Of a DNA stretch of 64,000 nt, positions 44,793 to 53,514 are shown piece after piece. The translations under genes and the position numbers were made by a program. Position 1 is the stretch's first letter; the number at the start of each line of letters is the position of its first letter. The notes below the pieces were generated by a model. The model was not told the origin of the DNA. It did no database searches and saw nothing but the letters and a program-made list of their open reading frames with translations. Source of the stretch: Terriglobales bacterium (GTDB lineage Bacteria > Acidobacteriota > Terriglobia > Terriglobales > Acidobacteriaceae); contig JBPCSQ010000022.1 of NCBI GenBank assembly GCA_051006995.1, forward strand, positions 8,047 through 72,046, written 5' to 3'.

Positions 44793-44869
44793 GGGCGGTT
44801 AGCTCAGCTGGTTAGAGCGTCTGCCTTACAAGCAGAAGGTCGCTGGTTCGAGTCCAGCACTGCCCACCA
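44793..44869 (+). tRNA. tRNA-Val (anticodon TAC), CCA encoded
   Basis: I folded the cloverleaf by hand. The acceptor is gggcggt/actgccc, the D arm gctc/gagc, the anticodon stem tctgc/gcaga with loop cTTACaa, and the T arm gctgg-ttcgagt-ccagc. Confidence 0.9.
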
Positions 44870-44890
44870 TATTTGGCGCCGGTTCATACC

Positions 44891-44967
44891 GGGGACGTAG
44901 TTCAGTTGGTTAGAACGCTGCCCTGTCACGGCAGAGGTCGCGAGTTCGAGTCTCGTCGTCCCCGCCA
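44891..44967 (+). tRNA. tRNA-Asp (anticodon GTC), CCA encoded
   Basis: The acceptor is ggggacg/cgtcccc, the anticodon stem ctgcc/ggcag with loop ctGTCac, and the T arm gcgag-ttcgagt-ctcgt. Confidence 0.9.
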
Positions 44968-45059
44968 TTCTTCTCTTCACATGCTGTTGCTTCGACGCGG
45001 ACTTAAGCCCGAGTCTCGCACGTAGCGCTCCGGCTACCCCGTCCACGTACAATACACGC

Positions 45060-45752
45060 GTGAGCGAGCTGGTATTCCTCCTGGAGGACGACGCCGACAT
45101 CGCGCGCCTGGTGCGGCATCAGCTGGAGACCGCGGGCTACCGAACGCGGGTCTTTTCTTCGGCGGCCACTTTTGTTGCCGAGGCGCAGAAACAGCGTCCC
45201 GCGCTCTGCCTGCTCGACATCATGGTTCCCGACGGCAACGGCCTGGAAGTCTGCCAGGAAATCCGCCGCTCTGCCTCGATCGCATCCACACCGATCGTTT
45301 TCCTGACCGCCAAGACATCAGAGGCGGACAAGGTGCTCGGCCTCGAACTCGGCGCCGACGACTACATCAGCAAGCCTTTCAGCCCGCGCGAACTGGTGGC
45401 TCGCACCAAGGCAGTGCTGCGCCGCTTTGAGCGTCCGCTGGCACTCACCCCGGTCCATGCTGGCGACGTTCAACTGGACCCGGCGTCGGTCACCGTAACG
45501 GTTCGCGGCCAGCCGGTCGAGACCACCGCGACCGAGTTCCGCCTGCTGGATTACCTGGCGCGTCATGCGGGCCGCGTCTTCAGCCGCGATCAGTTGCTCG
45601 ATGCCGTTTGGCGCGACACCACCTTTGTTACGCCACGCTCGGTGGACGTCTACATCCGCCGCCTGCGCGAAAAAATCGAGCGCGACCCGGAAAATCCGGA
45701 GTACCTGAGGACCGTCCGCGGCATGGGATATCGCTTCGAGGCGCCCAAATGA
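45060..45752 (+). CDS. OmpR/PhoB-family response regulator
   Basis: The receiver domain has LLDIMVPDGNG and DDYISKPF. The winged-helix output domain has TEFRLLDYL and TVRGMGYRF. The start is GTG. Confidence 0.85.
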   Translation: MSELVFLLEDDADIARLVRHQLETAGYRTRVFSSAATFVAEAQKQRPALCLLDIMVPDGNGLEVCQEIRRSASIASTPIVFLTAKTSEADKVLGLELGADDYISKPFSPRELVARTKAVLRRFERPLALTPVHAGDVQLDPASVTVTVRGQPVETTATEFRLLDYLARHAGRVFSRDQLLDAVWRDTTFVTPRSVDVYIRRLREKIERDPENPEYLRTVRGMGYRFEAPK

Positions 45753-47479
45753 GGAAGCGGATTTTCTTCAAGCTCCTGGGCGCGTTCCTTGCAGTGATCG
45801 CGGTTGCCACGCTGACGCTCGACCTCGGAATCCGCGGCTCCTGGGAACAGTCGCTCTACGCCGAAATCCAAACCAGCCTGACGCAGAAAGCCAGGCTGTT
45901 CGCACTTTCCGTCGAACAGGAGCGTGACCGGCGGTCGTACCAGCAAATCGCTAACGAAATCTCCGAGCGCGCCGACGCGCGCGCCACCGTCATTGAGCCC
46001 GGCGGACGAGTGCTGGCCGACACGCGCGCGAACCCCGCGGAAATGGAAAATCACGCCACGCGCCCCGAATTCATCGCCGCGCTTCACGGCCACATGGGCA
46101 GCAACATTCGCACCAGCCATACGGTCGGCATCCCATTTTTGTACGTGGCCGCCCCGATTTCAGGGGGCGCCGTTCGGCTGGCTTACCCACTTTCGTCCAT
46201 CCAGGCCATGACGCGGCACGTGCGCCTGCACCTGCTCTACGCGTCGTTGGCAGCGCTGGCGCTGGCCACGCTGATCTCGGCGCTGGTGGCGCACGCCATT
46301 GCGCGGCGATTGCAGCGCATTGTGGTGTTTGCCGAGCGCATTGCCGTGGGCGATTTGACCGCGCGGATTGCGCCGCGCTCGCAGGATGAAATCGGGCAGG
46401 TCGCGGCCGCGCTGGATCATACGGCCCGCCGCCTGGAGCAAACCTTCGCCGCGGTCGAAGCCGGGCGCGCCCAATTGGAGGCCCTGCTCAACAGCATGCA
46501 GGACGCAGTTCTAGCGGTGTCCAAAGATCGCCGAGTCCAATGGTCGAACGGTCCTATGCAGAGCTTGACGCGGCTCTCCAATGGGGCCGCCATGACCGAC
46601 ATCATTCGCGACCCACAATTCCTGCAGGCTGTAGAGGGCACGCTCGCCAGTGCCGAACCGCACAGCGCACGCGCCACCTCTGTTGCTCCAGGACGCACCT
46701 TCAGCGTGACCGCGGCGCCCATGCACGGAGGCGGTGCCGTTGCCGTGTTGCACGATATCAGCGACGTCGAACGTGTGGAGAAAACGCGCCGCGATTTCAT
46801 TGCCAACGTCTCGCATGAATTGCGTACTCCGCTCACTTCCATTCAGGGCTACGCGGAAACGCTACTTGACATGGAACCCGCGCCTGGCGCGAACGAGCGC
46901 CGCGCTGAATTCCTCGAGGTGATTCGCAAGAATGCCAGCCGGATGAGCCGGCTGACGGAAGACCTGCTGGTTCTGGCGCGCGTCGAATCCGGTGAACAGC
47001 CCTTCCACCTCCGCGCCGCCGCCCCCGCCGAGTTGCTGGAGGACGCCGCCGAGAGCTTCCGGGAGACCACGGCGGCCGCTGGAATCGAGTTGGTCGCCGC
47101 CAGCCAGGCAATGCAACCGGTTCAGGCGGATGGCGATGCCATTCACCAGGTGTTCGCCAACCTGATTGACAATGCAATGAAATATGGCGCCGGGGGCAAG
47201 AAAATCGAGATCGGCGCGTGCGATCGTGGCGATGCGGTTGAATTTTATGTCCGCGACTTCGGCGCCGGTATTGCTTCCGAGCACCTGCCGCGGCTGTTCG
47301 AACGCTTTTATCGCGTGGACAAGGCGCGATCTCGTGAATCGGGCGGAACCGGCCTGGGGCTCGCCATCGCCAAGCACATTGTGCGCGCGCACGGCGGAGC
47401 GATTCGCGTCAGCAGCGAGCTCAATCACGGGGCAACGTTTTCATTCAGCCTGCAACGCGCCGATGTCCCACCCGCCTAA
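45749..47479 (+). CDS. PhoR-like sensor histidine kinase (TM-HAMP-PAS-HisKA-HATPase)
   Basis: It has the FIANVSHELRTPLTSIQGY H-box, DNAMKYG and GTGLGLAI. The ATG overlaps the regulator stop (ATGA). The track ORF start lies inside the regulator gene. Confidence 0.82.
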   Translation: MRKRIFFKLLGAFLAVIAVATLTLDLGIRGSWEQSLYAEIQTSLTQKARLFALSVEQERDRRSYQQIANEISERADARATVIEPGGRVLADTRANPAEMENHATRPEFIAALHGHMGSNIRTSHTVGIPFLYVAAPISGGAVRLAYPLSSIQAMTRHVRLHLLYASLAALALATLISALVAHAIARRLQRIVVFAERIAVGDLTARIAPRSQDEIGQVAAALDHTARRLEQTFAAVEAGRAQLEALLNSMQDAVLAVSKDRRVQWSNGPMQSLTRLSNGAAMTDIIRDPQFLQAVEGTLASAEPHSARATSVAPGRTFSVTAAPMHGGGAVAVLHDISDVERVEKTRRDFIANVSHELRTPLTSIQGYAETLLDMEPAPGANERRAEFLEVIRKNASRMSRLTEDLLVLARVESGEQPFHLRAAAPAELLEDAAESFRETTAAAGIELVAASQAMQPVQADGDAIHQVFANLIDNAMKYGAGGKKIEIGACDRGDAVEFYVRDFGAGIASEHLPRLFERFYRVDKARSRESGGTGLGLAIAKHIVRAHGGAIRVSSELNHGATFSFSLQRADVPPA

Positions 47480-47499
47480 CCCCCTATGCACGCTCGCCC

Positions 47500-47616
47500 A
47501 CGTCCATCCGCCAGGCTCTGGATGCCCTGCTGATCGCGCGCAACCTCGAGCGCGTGGGCGATCACGCGACCAACATTGCCGAAGACGTCATCTTCTGGGT
47601 CCGCCGCGGCGACTAG
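47500..47616 (+). pseudogene. phoU: Relic of the 3' end of phoU (last ~38 codons only)
   Basis: It translates as [38 protein letters not shown]. This matches the conserved C-terminal PhoU motif (LERxGDHATNIAE). There is no room for the rest of the gene after the kinase stop at 47479. Confidence 0.6.
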
Positions 47617-48338
47617 CCCACCGCTTCGGCGGCTTCGTTTTCCGTAACCACACGCCCGTCGAGCAGATGAATGCCTCGCTCTGCATGCTGCGCAAATCGA
47701 GGATCATGCGTGACCATGCAGATGGTTGCGCCCTCCCGATGCAATTCGTGCAGCAGATCCATCACGGCGTTGGCATTCTGCGAGTCGAGGTTCCCGGTGG
47801 GCTCGTCGGCGAGCAGGATCGAGGGACTTCCAGCAAGCGCTCGTGCCACGGCGACGCGTTGTTGCTGGCCACCTGAGAGTTGGGACGGATAATGCGCAGT
47901 CCGATGGCTCATGCAGACGCGCTCCAAGGCTTGCTGGACGCGCTGCTTTCTTTGCGTGCCGCTCATGCCGCGGTAGGTCAAAGGAAGCTCCACGTTCTCA
48001 TATACAGTGAGATCACCGATCAGGTTGAAGCTTTGGAAAATGAAGCCGATCTCACGGTTTCGGATGATGGCGCGCTCGCCGATATCGAGGTTCTCCAGGG
48101 CTTTACCCTTGAGCAGGTAGCGCCCGCCGCTGGGAGAATCGAGCAGGCCGACAATGGCGAGCAGCGTGGACTTGCCGGAACCCGATGGGCCGTGGATGCA
48201 CACGTACTCGCCCCGGCGGATCTCGAGGTTAATGCTCGCCAGGGCGTGGGTTTCGACTTCGTCCGTGTAAAACACCTTGCTGATGTCTTGCATGCAAATC
48301 AGCACATCATCTGCCCGGTTCATATCGCCTCGATTCAT
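47613..48338 (-). CDS. ABC transporter ATP-binding protein (MacB/LolD type)
   Basis: It has Walker [10 protein letters not shown], the signature LSGGQQQR and Walker B ILLADEPT. The ATG at 48338 overlaps the adaptor stop (ATGA). Confidence 0.88.
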   Translation of the reverse strand: MNRGDMNRADDVLICMQDISKVFYTDEVETHALASINLEIRRGEYVCIHGPSGSGKSTLLAIVGLLDSPSGGRYLLKGKALENLDIGERAIIRNREIGFIFQSFNLIGDLTVYENVELPLTYRGMSGTQRKQRVQQALERVCMSHRTAHYPSQLSGGQQQRVAVARALAGSPSILLADEPTGNLDSQNANAVMDLLHELHREGATICMVTHDPRFAQHAERGIHLLDGRVVTENEAAEAVG

Positions 48339-49603
48339 TCCAACCGAATTCGGTCGTACTGCTCCCAACGGGACATATCGGAAAGGATGACCTGATCGCC
48401 ATCCTTCAGCCCGCCCAGAATTTCCACGGTGCTCACCGAGCTGCGGCCCAGCATGACCTGGATGCGGGACGCGGTCTTGCCATCGGCCTCAAGCTTGAAC
48501 AGCCCGACTGTAGTCTTCTCCTGGCCTGATGCCGGACGCCCCACCAAAAGCACGTTCGCAATGCGCTCCAGGTCCACAGTGCCGTCCACGCTGAGGTCCG
48601 GAACTGCGCCGGGCGGCAGGTCTCCGGCCAACGCCACGTCCACGGTTCGCGTGCCGTTCTGCACCGACGGGTCAATGCGAATCACCTTTCCCTCGATCAT
48701 CCCGTTGTGCGTATCCACCTGCGCAGGCTGGCCCAGTTGTACATCCTTGGCCTGGCTCTCCGGAATCTTGAGTTCAGCCTTCAGGCGCTTGGGGTTGGCG
48801 ACTTTGGCGATGGTTATTCCCGCCGCCACCTGCTGTCCCTCCTGGAGAGGATTGCCGTTCAGGCTGAGCTCCTGCAGGATGCCGTCCATACCGGCACGGA
48901 CCTGGAGCATGCTTCGTTGCTTCTGCTGAAGATCGAACACAGCGCGTGCCTGTTCTACCTTCGCTTTCTCGGCCGCCAACTGTGCCTCGAGTTGTTTTTG
49001 CGTGTTCAGGTACCGTTGGTCCTCGATGTCGGCGCGCAGGGTGAGCTGACGAGCACTCCCGGCTGAAATTTTTCGCGCCTGTTCGGAAATCACGCCGACT
49101 TTGGACAGTTCGGCGTCCGTGTCGGCCTTCATCTGTGCGTCGTCTGCTTCCTGCCGGGACTTGGCGGTGGCGGCCTTCTGGTCGAGCACTTGGCTTTGCA
49201 GCGTGACCTCGAGGTTATGGTATTGCGCTTCCGCGGCGCGGACTTTCCATTCGGCATCAAAGGCTTGCTGCTCGACTGTGGGGTTGGTCAGGATGACCAT
49301 GACCGTATCGGCCTTCACCGGCGTGCCGGGACGGATCAGAATCTTTTCCACCCGGCCGTCGGTAATGGTTGGGATCCAGCGAATTTCCTCGGGTGTCAGC
49401 GTACCCAGCCCGCGCACCTGGCGCACCATGGGTCCGCGCTTTACGGTGTCAATCCATACGCCAGAGCGTTCCACCGAGGGCATGGCCGGCCTGAGCTTGG
49501 ATACGCCCATCGTGATTGCGGACACCACCACGAGCGCGCCGACGAGATACGCGATACGCCGTCGGCGTCGGGCTTGCGCCGCAAATGGTCGTGCAACGTC
49601 CAT
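48335..49603 (-). CDS. Efflux periplasmic adaptor (HlyD family)
   Basis: It has a TM anchor (IAYLVGALVVVSAITMG) plus coiled-coil and barrel domains. AGGAGA lies before the ATG at 49603, 7 nt after the permease stop. Confidence 0.82.
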   Translation of the reverse strand: MDVARPFAAQARRRRRIAYLVGALVVVSAITMGVSKLRPAMPSVERSGVWIDTVKRGPMVRQVRGLGTLTPEEIRWIPTITDGRVEKILIRPGTPVKADTVMVILTNPTVEQQAFDAEWKVRAAEAQYHNLEVTLQSQVLDQKAATAKSRQEADDAQMKADTDAELSKVGVISEQARKISAGSARQLTLRADIEDQRYLNTQKQLEAQLAAEKAKVEQARAVFDLQQKQRSMLQVRAGMDGILQELSLNGNPLQEGQQVAAGITIAKVANPKRLKAELKIPESQAKDVQLGQPAQVDTHNGMIEGKVIRIDPSVQNGTRTVDVALAGDLPPGAVPDLSVDGTVDLERIANVLLVGRPASGQEKTTVGLFKLEADGKTASRIQVMLGRSSVSTVEILGGLKDGDQVILSDMSRWEQYDRIRLE

Positions 49604-49610
49604 GAATCTC

Positions 49611-52262
49611 CTAGTCGCGCAGCGCGCGAATTGGGTCCGTTCTCGTCGCACGCCACGCCGGCAGCAAACACGCGGCCAGCGATGCCAATGTGATCACCAC
49701 CAGCGCCGTGCCGAATGACAGCGGGTCGCGAGGGCTCACCCGATAGAGCATGTATCCGAGCAGGCGCGTGGTCGCCAGCGCCGCGGCCAGGCCGATGAGC
49801 ACGCCGATGGTGGTCAGCATCAGGCCTCGCGACATCACGAGCCGTAGCAGATGTCCAGGCGCAGCGCCCAAAGCGACCCGCAGCCCCAGTTCGCGTGTGC
49901 TCTGCGACACGGTGTACGACATCACGCCGTACAGCCCGATGGTCGCCAGCAACAGCGCCAGCCCGCCGAAAACGCCGAGCAGCATGCCGGCAATGCGCTG
50001 CGAAGATGTCTGTAGGTTTACCACCTCGCGCAGGGTGATCACGCGAAACGGCGACACGGCAGGATCGAGTACGTGGATTTCCTTAGTGAGCAGCGGCGCC
50101 AGAGACGCAGGCTGTTGGCGCGTCCGCAGGAGCAGCCCCACAGAGGTAAAGAAGTTCTGTCGTAGCGGTACGTAGAAGAACGGCCGCGCGGTCTCCGTCA
50201 TTTTGTGGTACTGCGCATTGCGTGCGACGCCGACGATTTGCATCCATCGGCCTTTGACCTGGATGCGCTTGCCGATGGGATCGGCGCCGCGCCAATATTG
50301 CGTCGCCATCGTCTCGTTGACGACGGCAACCAGCGGAGCGTTCGGATCGTCGGCGCGCGTGAAGTCGCGTCCATGGATCAGCGGGATGCCGACGGTACTG
50401 AAGTAACCGGGACTGATCTCGCTATATTCGACCGTGGGCTGTTGATCGGGCGGAGTCTGGTATCCGTCCACCACAACCGGAGTCGTAGAGTAAGTCTGAA
50501 AGCTGAACGGAATAATGCGCGCGTACGCCGCCGATTCGACACCCGGAAGGGTTTGCACACGGTCCATCAATTGGTCTTCGAAGGTGCGCGCCCGTGGCAC
50601 ATCGTATCCGGCGTCAAACAGGCCGATGTACGTGATGAGCACGCCGTCGGCATTGAAGCCGGGATCGGCGGTGTGGATCCTCCGCAGGCTCTGCATTAGC
50701 AGACCGGCCCCCACCAGCAGCACGAAACTCAACGCCACTTGCACGAGCACGAGAGAAGAGCGCAGCCAGGAACCGCGCTTGCCGCCGATCACGCCGACGG
50801 AGTCGGTCTTCAGCGTGCCCGCGATGTCCACGTTGCTGCTCTGAATTGCCGGAACCACGGCGAACAGAACGGTCGAGAGCAGGCAGACCGAGGCGCTCAC
50901 CACCACCACCCGCCAGTCGAGATGGCCGGCGATGTGCAGCTTCACCGAGCGGATCGGCATTACCAACACCAGCAGGTTGCGGCACCAATGTGCCACCAGC
51001 ATGCCGCCGCAGAGCGAGAGCGTAGCGAGGATCAGTCCCTCGGTCATGAGCTGCTTGAGCAGGCGCGCGCGCCCGGCGCCCACCGCCATGCGGACACTCA
51101 TCTCGTGACGGCGCGCGAAGGCCCGCACCAGCAGCAGGTTGCTCACGTTGGCGCATGCAATCAATAGGACCAGGAACGTCACGACGGCGGTGATCTTAAG
51201 CGTCGGAAGTAAAACCGACGAGCCGTTGAACGGGGCCTGCCATAAAGGCAGCAGCCTGACTCCGCGTCCGCGGTTCGTCGCCGGAAAGTCAGCCTCGAGG
51301 CGGCGCGCGACGGCTGAGATCTCCTGCTCGGCCTGCTCACGCGTTACGCCGGGCTTGAGTCGTATGAATGGCTCAATCCAGCGCGCACCACGGTCTTCGA
51401 GCATGTAGCCGGAGGAATCGAAACGTTCCTGCATCGACAGCGGCACCCAGAACTGCCACTCATACCCGACAAAGGTGCCGAAAAAACCTTCCGGTGCGAC
51501 GCCGACGATGGTGTGCGGCATGCTGTTGAACAGCTGCGTCCTGCCGATCACGTTGGGATCGCCGCCAAAGCGGTCTTTCCACATCCCGTTGCTGATCACG
51601 ACGACCGGATGCGCATTGCGGCCGACATCCTCGCCCGGCTGGAATCCGCGCCCGAGTACCGGTCGGATTCCCATCGCGTCGAAATAATTCGCCGACACCA
51701 TGCTGCCGGTGGCGCGCTCGGCGCGGTCGCCGATGCTGAGCGTTGTGCCGGTTATCTTTTCGGCGATGACGGCTTCCAGCAGCTTGCAGTTGCGTCGGAA
51801 ATCGAGCAGATCGGGCAGGGAACTCGGTTGAAAGCCCTCCGTCCCGCGTGAGGTGCCAGCCAGCACGAAAAGCCGACCCTGGTCCTTTACCAGTGGATAG
51901 GGGCGTAGCAACGTGCCCTCAATCCAGCTGAACACCGCCGCGTTAGCGCCAATGCCGAGTGTCAGGCACAAAATTGCGAGCACGGAAAACCCCGGGCTGC
52001 GGCGAAGCATGCGCAAGCCGAAGCGGAGGTCGGAGAAGAAGGTGTGCAGGCCGTGAAAAAGCCGGGTTTCGCGGCACTGCTCCTTGAAATTCTCCACCGA
52101 GCCGAATTCGAGTTGCGCGTGCCGCTCAGCCTCAGCCGGCGGAACGCCGGAGCGCTGCAAGTCGGCCGCACGCTCGGCGATGTGCGCGTGAAATTCCTCT
52201 TCTAACGACCGGTCGAGATCATCGAGGCGAAAGAGCCGGTCGAGGAGCGCCCTGAGGGACAT
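49611..52262 (-). CDS. Duplicated MacB-core/FtsX permease of the ADOP type with N-terminal permease-prefix helix domain
   Basis: 883 aa. The N-terminus is MSLRALLDRLFRLDDLDRSLEEEFHAHIAERAADL...FGLRMLRRSPGFS. Two MacB_PCD+FtsX modules follow. The start is 2 nt after the padR stop. Confidence 0.85.
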   Translation of the reverse strand: MSLRALLDRLFRLDDLDRSLEEEFHAHIAERAADLQRSGVPPAEAERHAQLEFGSVENFKEQCRETRLFHGLHTFFSDLRFGLRMLRRSPGFSVLAILCLTLGIGANAAVFSWIEGTLLRPYPLVKDQGRLFVLAGTSRGTEGFQPSSLPDLLDFRRNCKLLEAVIAEKITGTTLSIGDRAERATGSMVSANYFDAMGIRPVLGRGFQPGEDVGRNAHPVVVISNGMWKDRFGGDPNVIGRTQLFNSMPHTIVGVAPEGFFGTFVGYEWQFWVPLSMQERFDSSGYMLEDRGARWIEPFIRLKPGVTREQAEQEISAVARRLEADFPATNRGRGVRLLPLWQAPFNGSSVLLPTLKITAVVTFLVLLIACANVSNLLLVRAFARRHEMSVRMAVGAGRARLLKQLMTEGLILATLSLCGGMLVAHWCRNLLVLVMPIRSVKLHIAGHLDWRVVVVSASVCLLSTVLFAVVPAIQSSNVDIAGTLKTDSVGVIGGKRGSWLRSSLVLVQVALSFVLLVGAGLLMQSLRRIHTADPGFNADGVLITYIGLFDAGYDVPRARTFEDQLMDRVQTLPGVESAAYARIIPFSFQTYSTTPVVVDGYQTPPDQQPTVEYSEISPGYFSTVGIPLIHGRDFTRADDPNAPLVAVVNETMATQYWRGADPIGKRIQVKGRWMQIVGVARNAQYHKMTETARPFFYVPLRQNFFTSVGLLLRTRQQPASLAPLLTKEIHVLDPAVSPFRVITLREVVNLQTSSQRIAGMLLGVFGGLALLLATIGLYGVMSYTVSQSTRELGLRVALGAAPGHLLRLVMSRGLMLTTIGVLIGLAAALATTRLLGYMLYRVSPRDPLSFGTALVVITLASLAACLLPAWRATRTDPIRALRD

Positions 52263-52264
52263 GC

Positions 52265-52606
52265 TCAGGCCTCCTCCGGCCGCGCTTTGAGGACCGCCGC
52301 AACCGCCGACGCCACACGGTTCCAGTTCTCGGTCTGTTCCCGAAGCTGCTTCTCGCCCTTGCGCGTGAGCCGATAGTACTTCGCTCGCCGGTTGTTGTCG
52401 GAAACACCCCACTCCGAGGCCAACATCCCGCGTTCCTCCAGCCGGTAGAGCGCAGGGTAGAGCGCCCCTTGTTCCACCAGGAACGCGCCGCCTGAAATTT
52501 GCTGGATGCGGAGGAGCACACCGTAGCCGTGAAGAGATCCAAGCGAAACGGCCTTGAGGATCAACAAGTCAAGAGTGCCGGGAAGAATATCGGCAGAGTA
52601 CGCCAT
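52265..52606 (-). CDS. PadR-family transcriptional regulator
   Basis: It has LDLLILKAVSLGSLHGYGV...LYPALYRLEERGML...RRAKYYRLT. I prefer the ATG at 52606 (AAGGGG 8 nt upstream). The GTG at 52615 is the alternative. Confidence 0.88.
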   Translation of the reverse strand: MAYSADILPGTLDLLILKAVSLGSLHGYGVLLRIQQISGGAFLVEQGALYPALYRLEERGMLASEWGVSDNNRRAKYYRLTRKGEKQLREQTENWNRVASAVAAVLKARPEEA

Positions 52607-52617
52607 CCCATTCACCC

Positions 52618-52639
52618 CTTCCTAACCTAGTTAGGGAAG
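52618..52639. promoter_or_regulatory. Imperfect inverted repeat upstream of padR (candidate autoregulatory operator)
   Basis: cTTCCTAAC-cta-GTTAGGGAAg. The arms differ by a single-base bulge. It lies 12-33 nt upstream of the padR ATG. Confidence 0.45.
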
Positions 52640-52701
52640 CTAGCATCGCTCTCCTAAGCAGTCAAGGGGAAGACGGCGAAGTCACAACTTTTTACAAACG
52701 T

Positions 52702-53361
52702 TTACAGCTGGGCCGTGGAAGCCGCTTTGGCAGTGCGCGGAACAATCGTGCGCCACTCCAGGAAGATGCTCGGCAGGAACGCCGCCATCGCAATCGTGGT
52801 CCAGACCACCATCTCGATGCCGGGCCAGCCCAGGCGGAAGATCGGCGGGATCGGAATGAGGATACGGGCGACGGTAAAGACCATAGCGAACGGATAGCTG
52901 CGGATGATCCAGCGGCGATGCTGGGCGACATTGCCGCTGCGGACGCAATACAGGGCGATGGCGGTTGTGATCATCCAGCCAAACGATTGCACGGCGGAGG
53001 CGGCGACAAGCGATAGCGTATCCACTCGCATTGCCACCGGAATCGCAAACGGTCCGGCAATGAAGACGCTGGCTACATACACGTAGCCGAGCGTGCGATG
53101 GACTTTGAGATAGCGCGCCCGCAGGCGGTTGGAGAACTGGAAGACGCCGAGAACCATGGCCAATGCTCCGAAGAGCGCATGGATGGCCAAATACGCCTTG
53201 GCCGGCGCGAAGTGCCGGGCGATTTCCGAATGCGGATCGAGAATCTGGTGGTTCTTCCCGTACGTCACGAAGACGGTGACGGCCAGGAAAAGTACGAAAA
53301 ATATCAGCTTGGTCCGCGAATGCGGCCGGGGAGCAAAACTGGGCGCGGTCGCCGTCGACAT
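52702..53361 (-). CDS. Membrane protein, DUF2306-like
   Basis: 219 aa with about 6 TM segments and a HRTLGYVY motif. Confidence 0.55.
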   Translation of the reverse strand: MSTATAPSFAPRPHSRTKLIFFVLFLAVTVFVTYGKNHQILDPHSEIARHFAPAKAYLAIHALFGALAMVLGVFQFSNRLRARYLKVHRTLGYVYVASVFIAGPFAIPVAMRVDTLSLVAASAVQSFGWMITTAIALYCVRSGNVAQHRRWIIRSYPFAMVFTVARILIPIPPIFRLGWPGIEMVVWTTIAMAAFLPSIFLEWRTIVPRTAKAASTAQL

Positions 53362-53514
53362 GAACTCACCCCTGAGTTGAACACCAGCGTATGGCAGAGC
53401 GCTAACGGTGTCAATTGGAGGAGGCGGCCCTCCAATGTGAGCTGCAGGCCAGAGCTGCCGGATGTTCGCTCCTCCTGAGACAAACGCGAGTGTGACTGCG
53501 GCATCTGAACCCTG

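Noticed and set aside
44793-44967. tRNA-Val/tRNA-Asp pair as a genomic-island integration site
   Set aside because: There is no integrase nearby, no repeat of a tRNA 3' end nearby, and no compositional break that I can see. The flanking genes are ordinary two-component genes.
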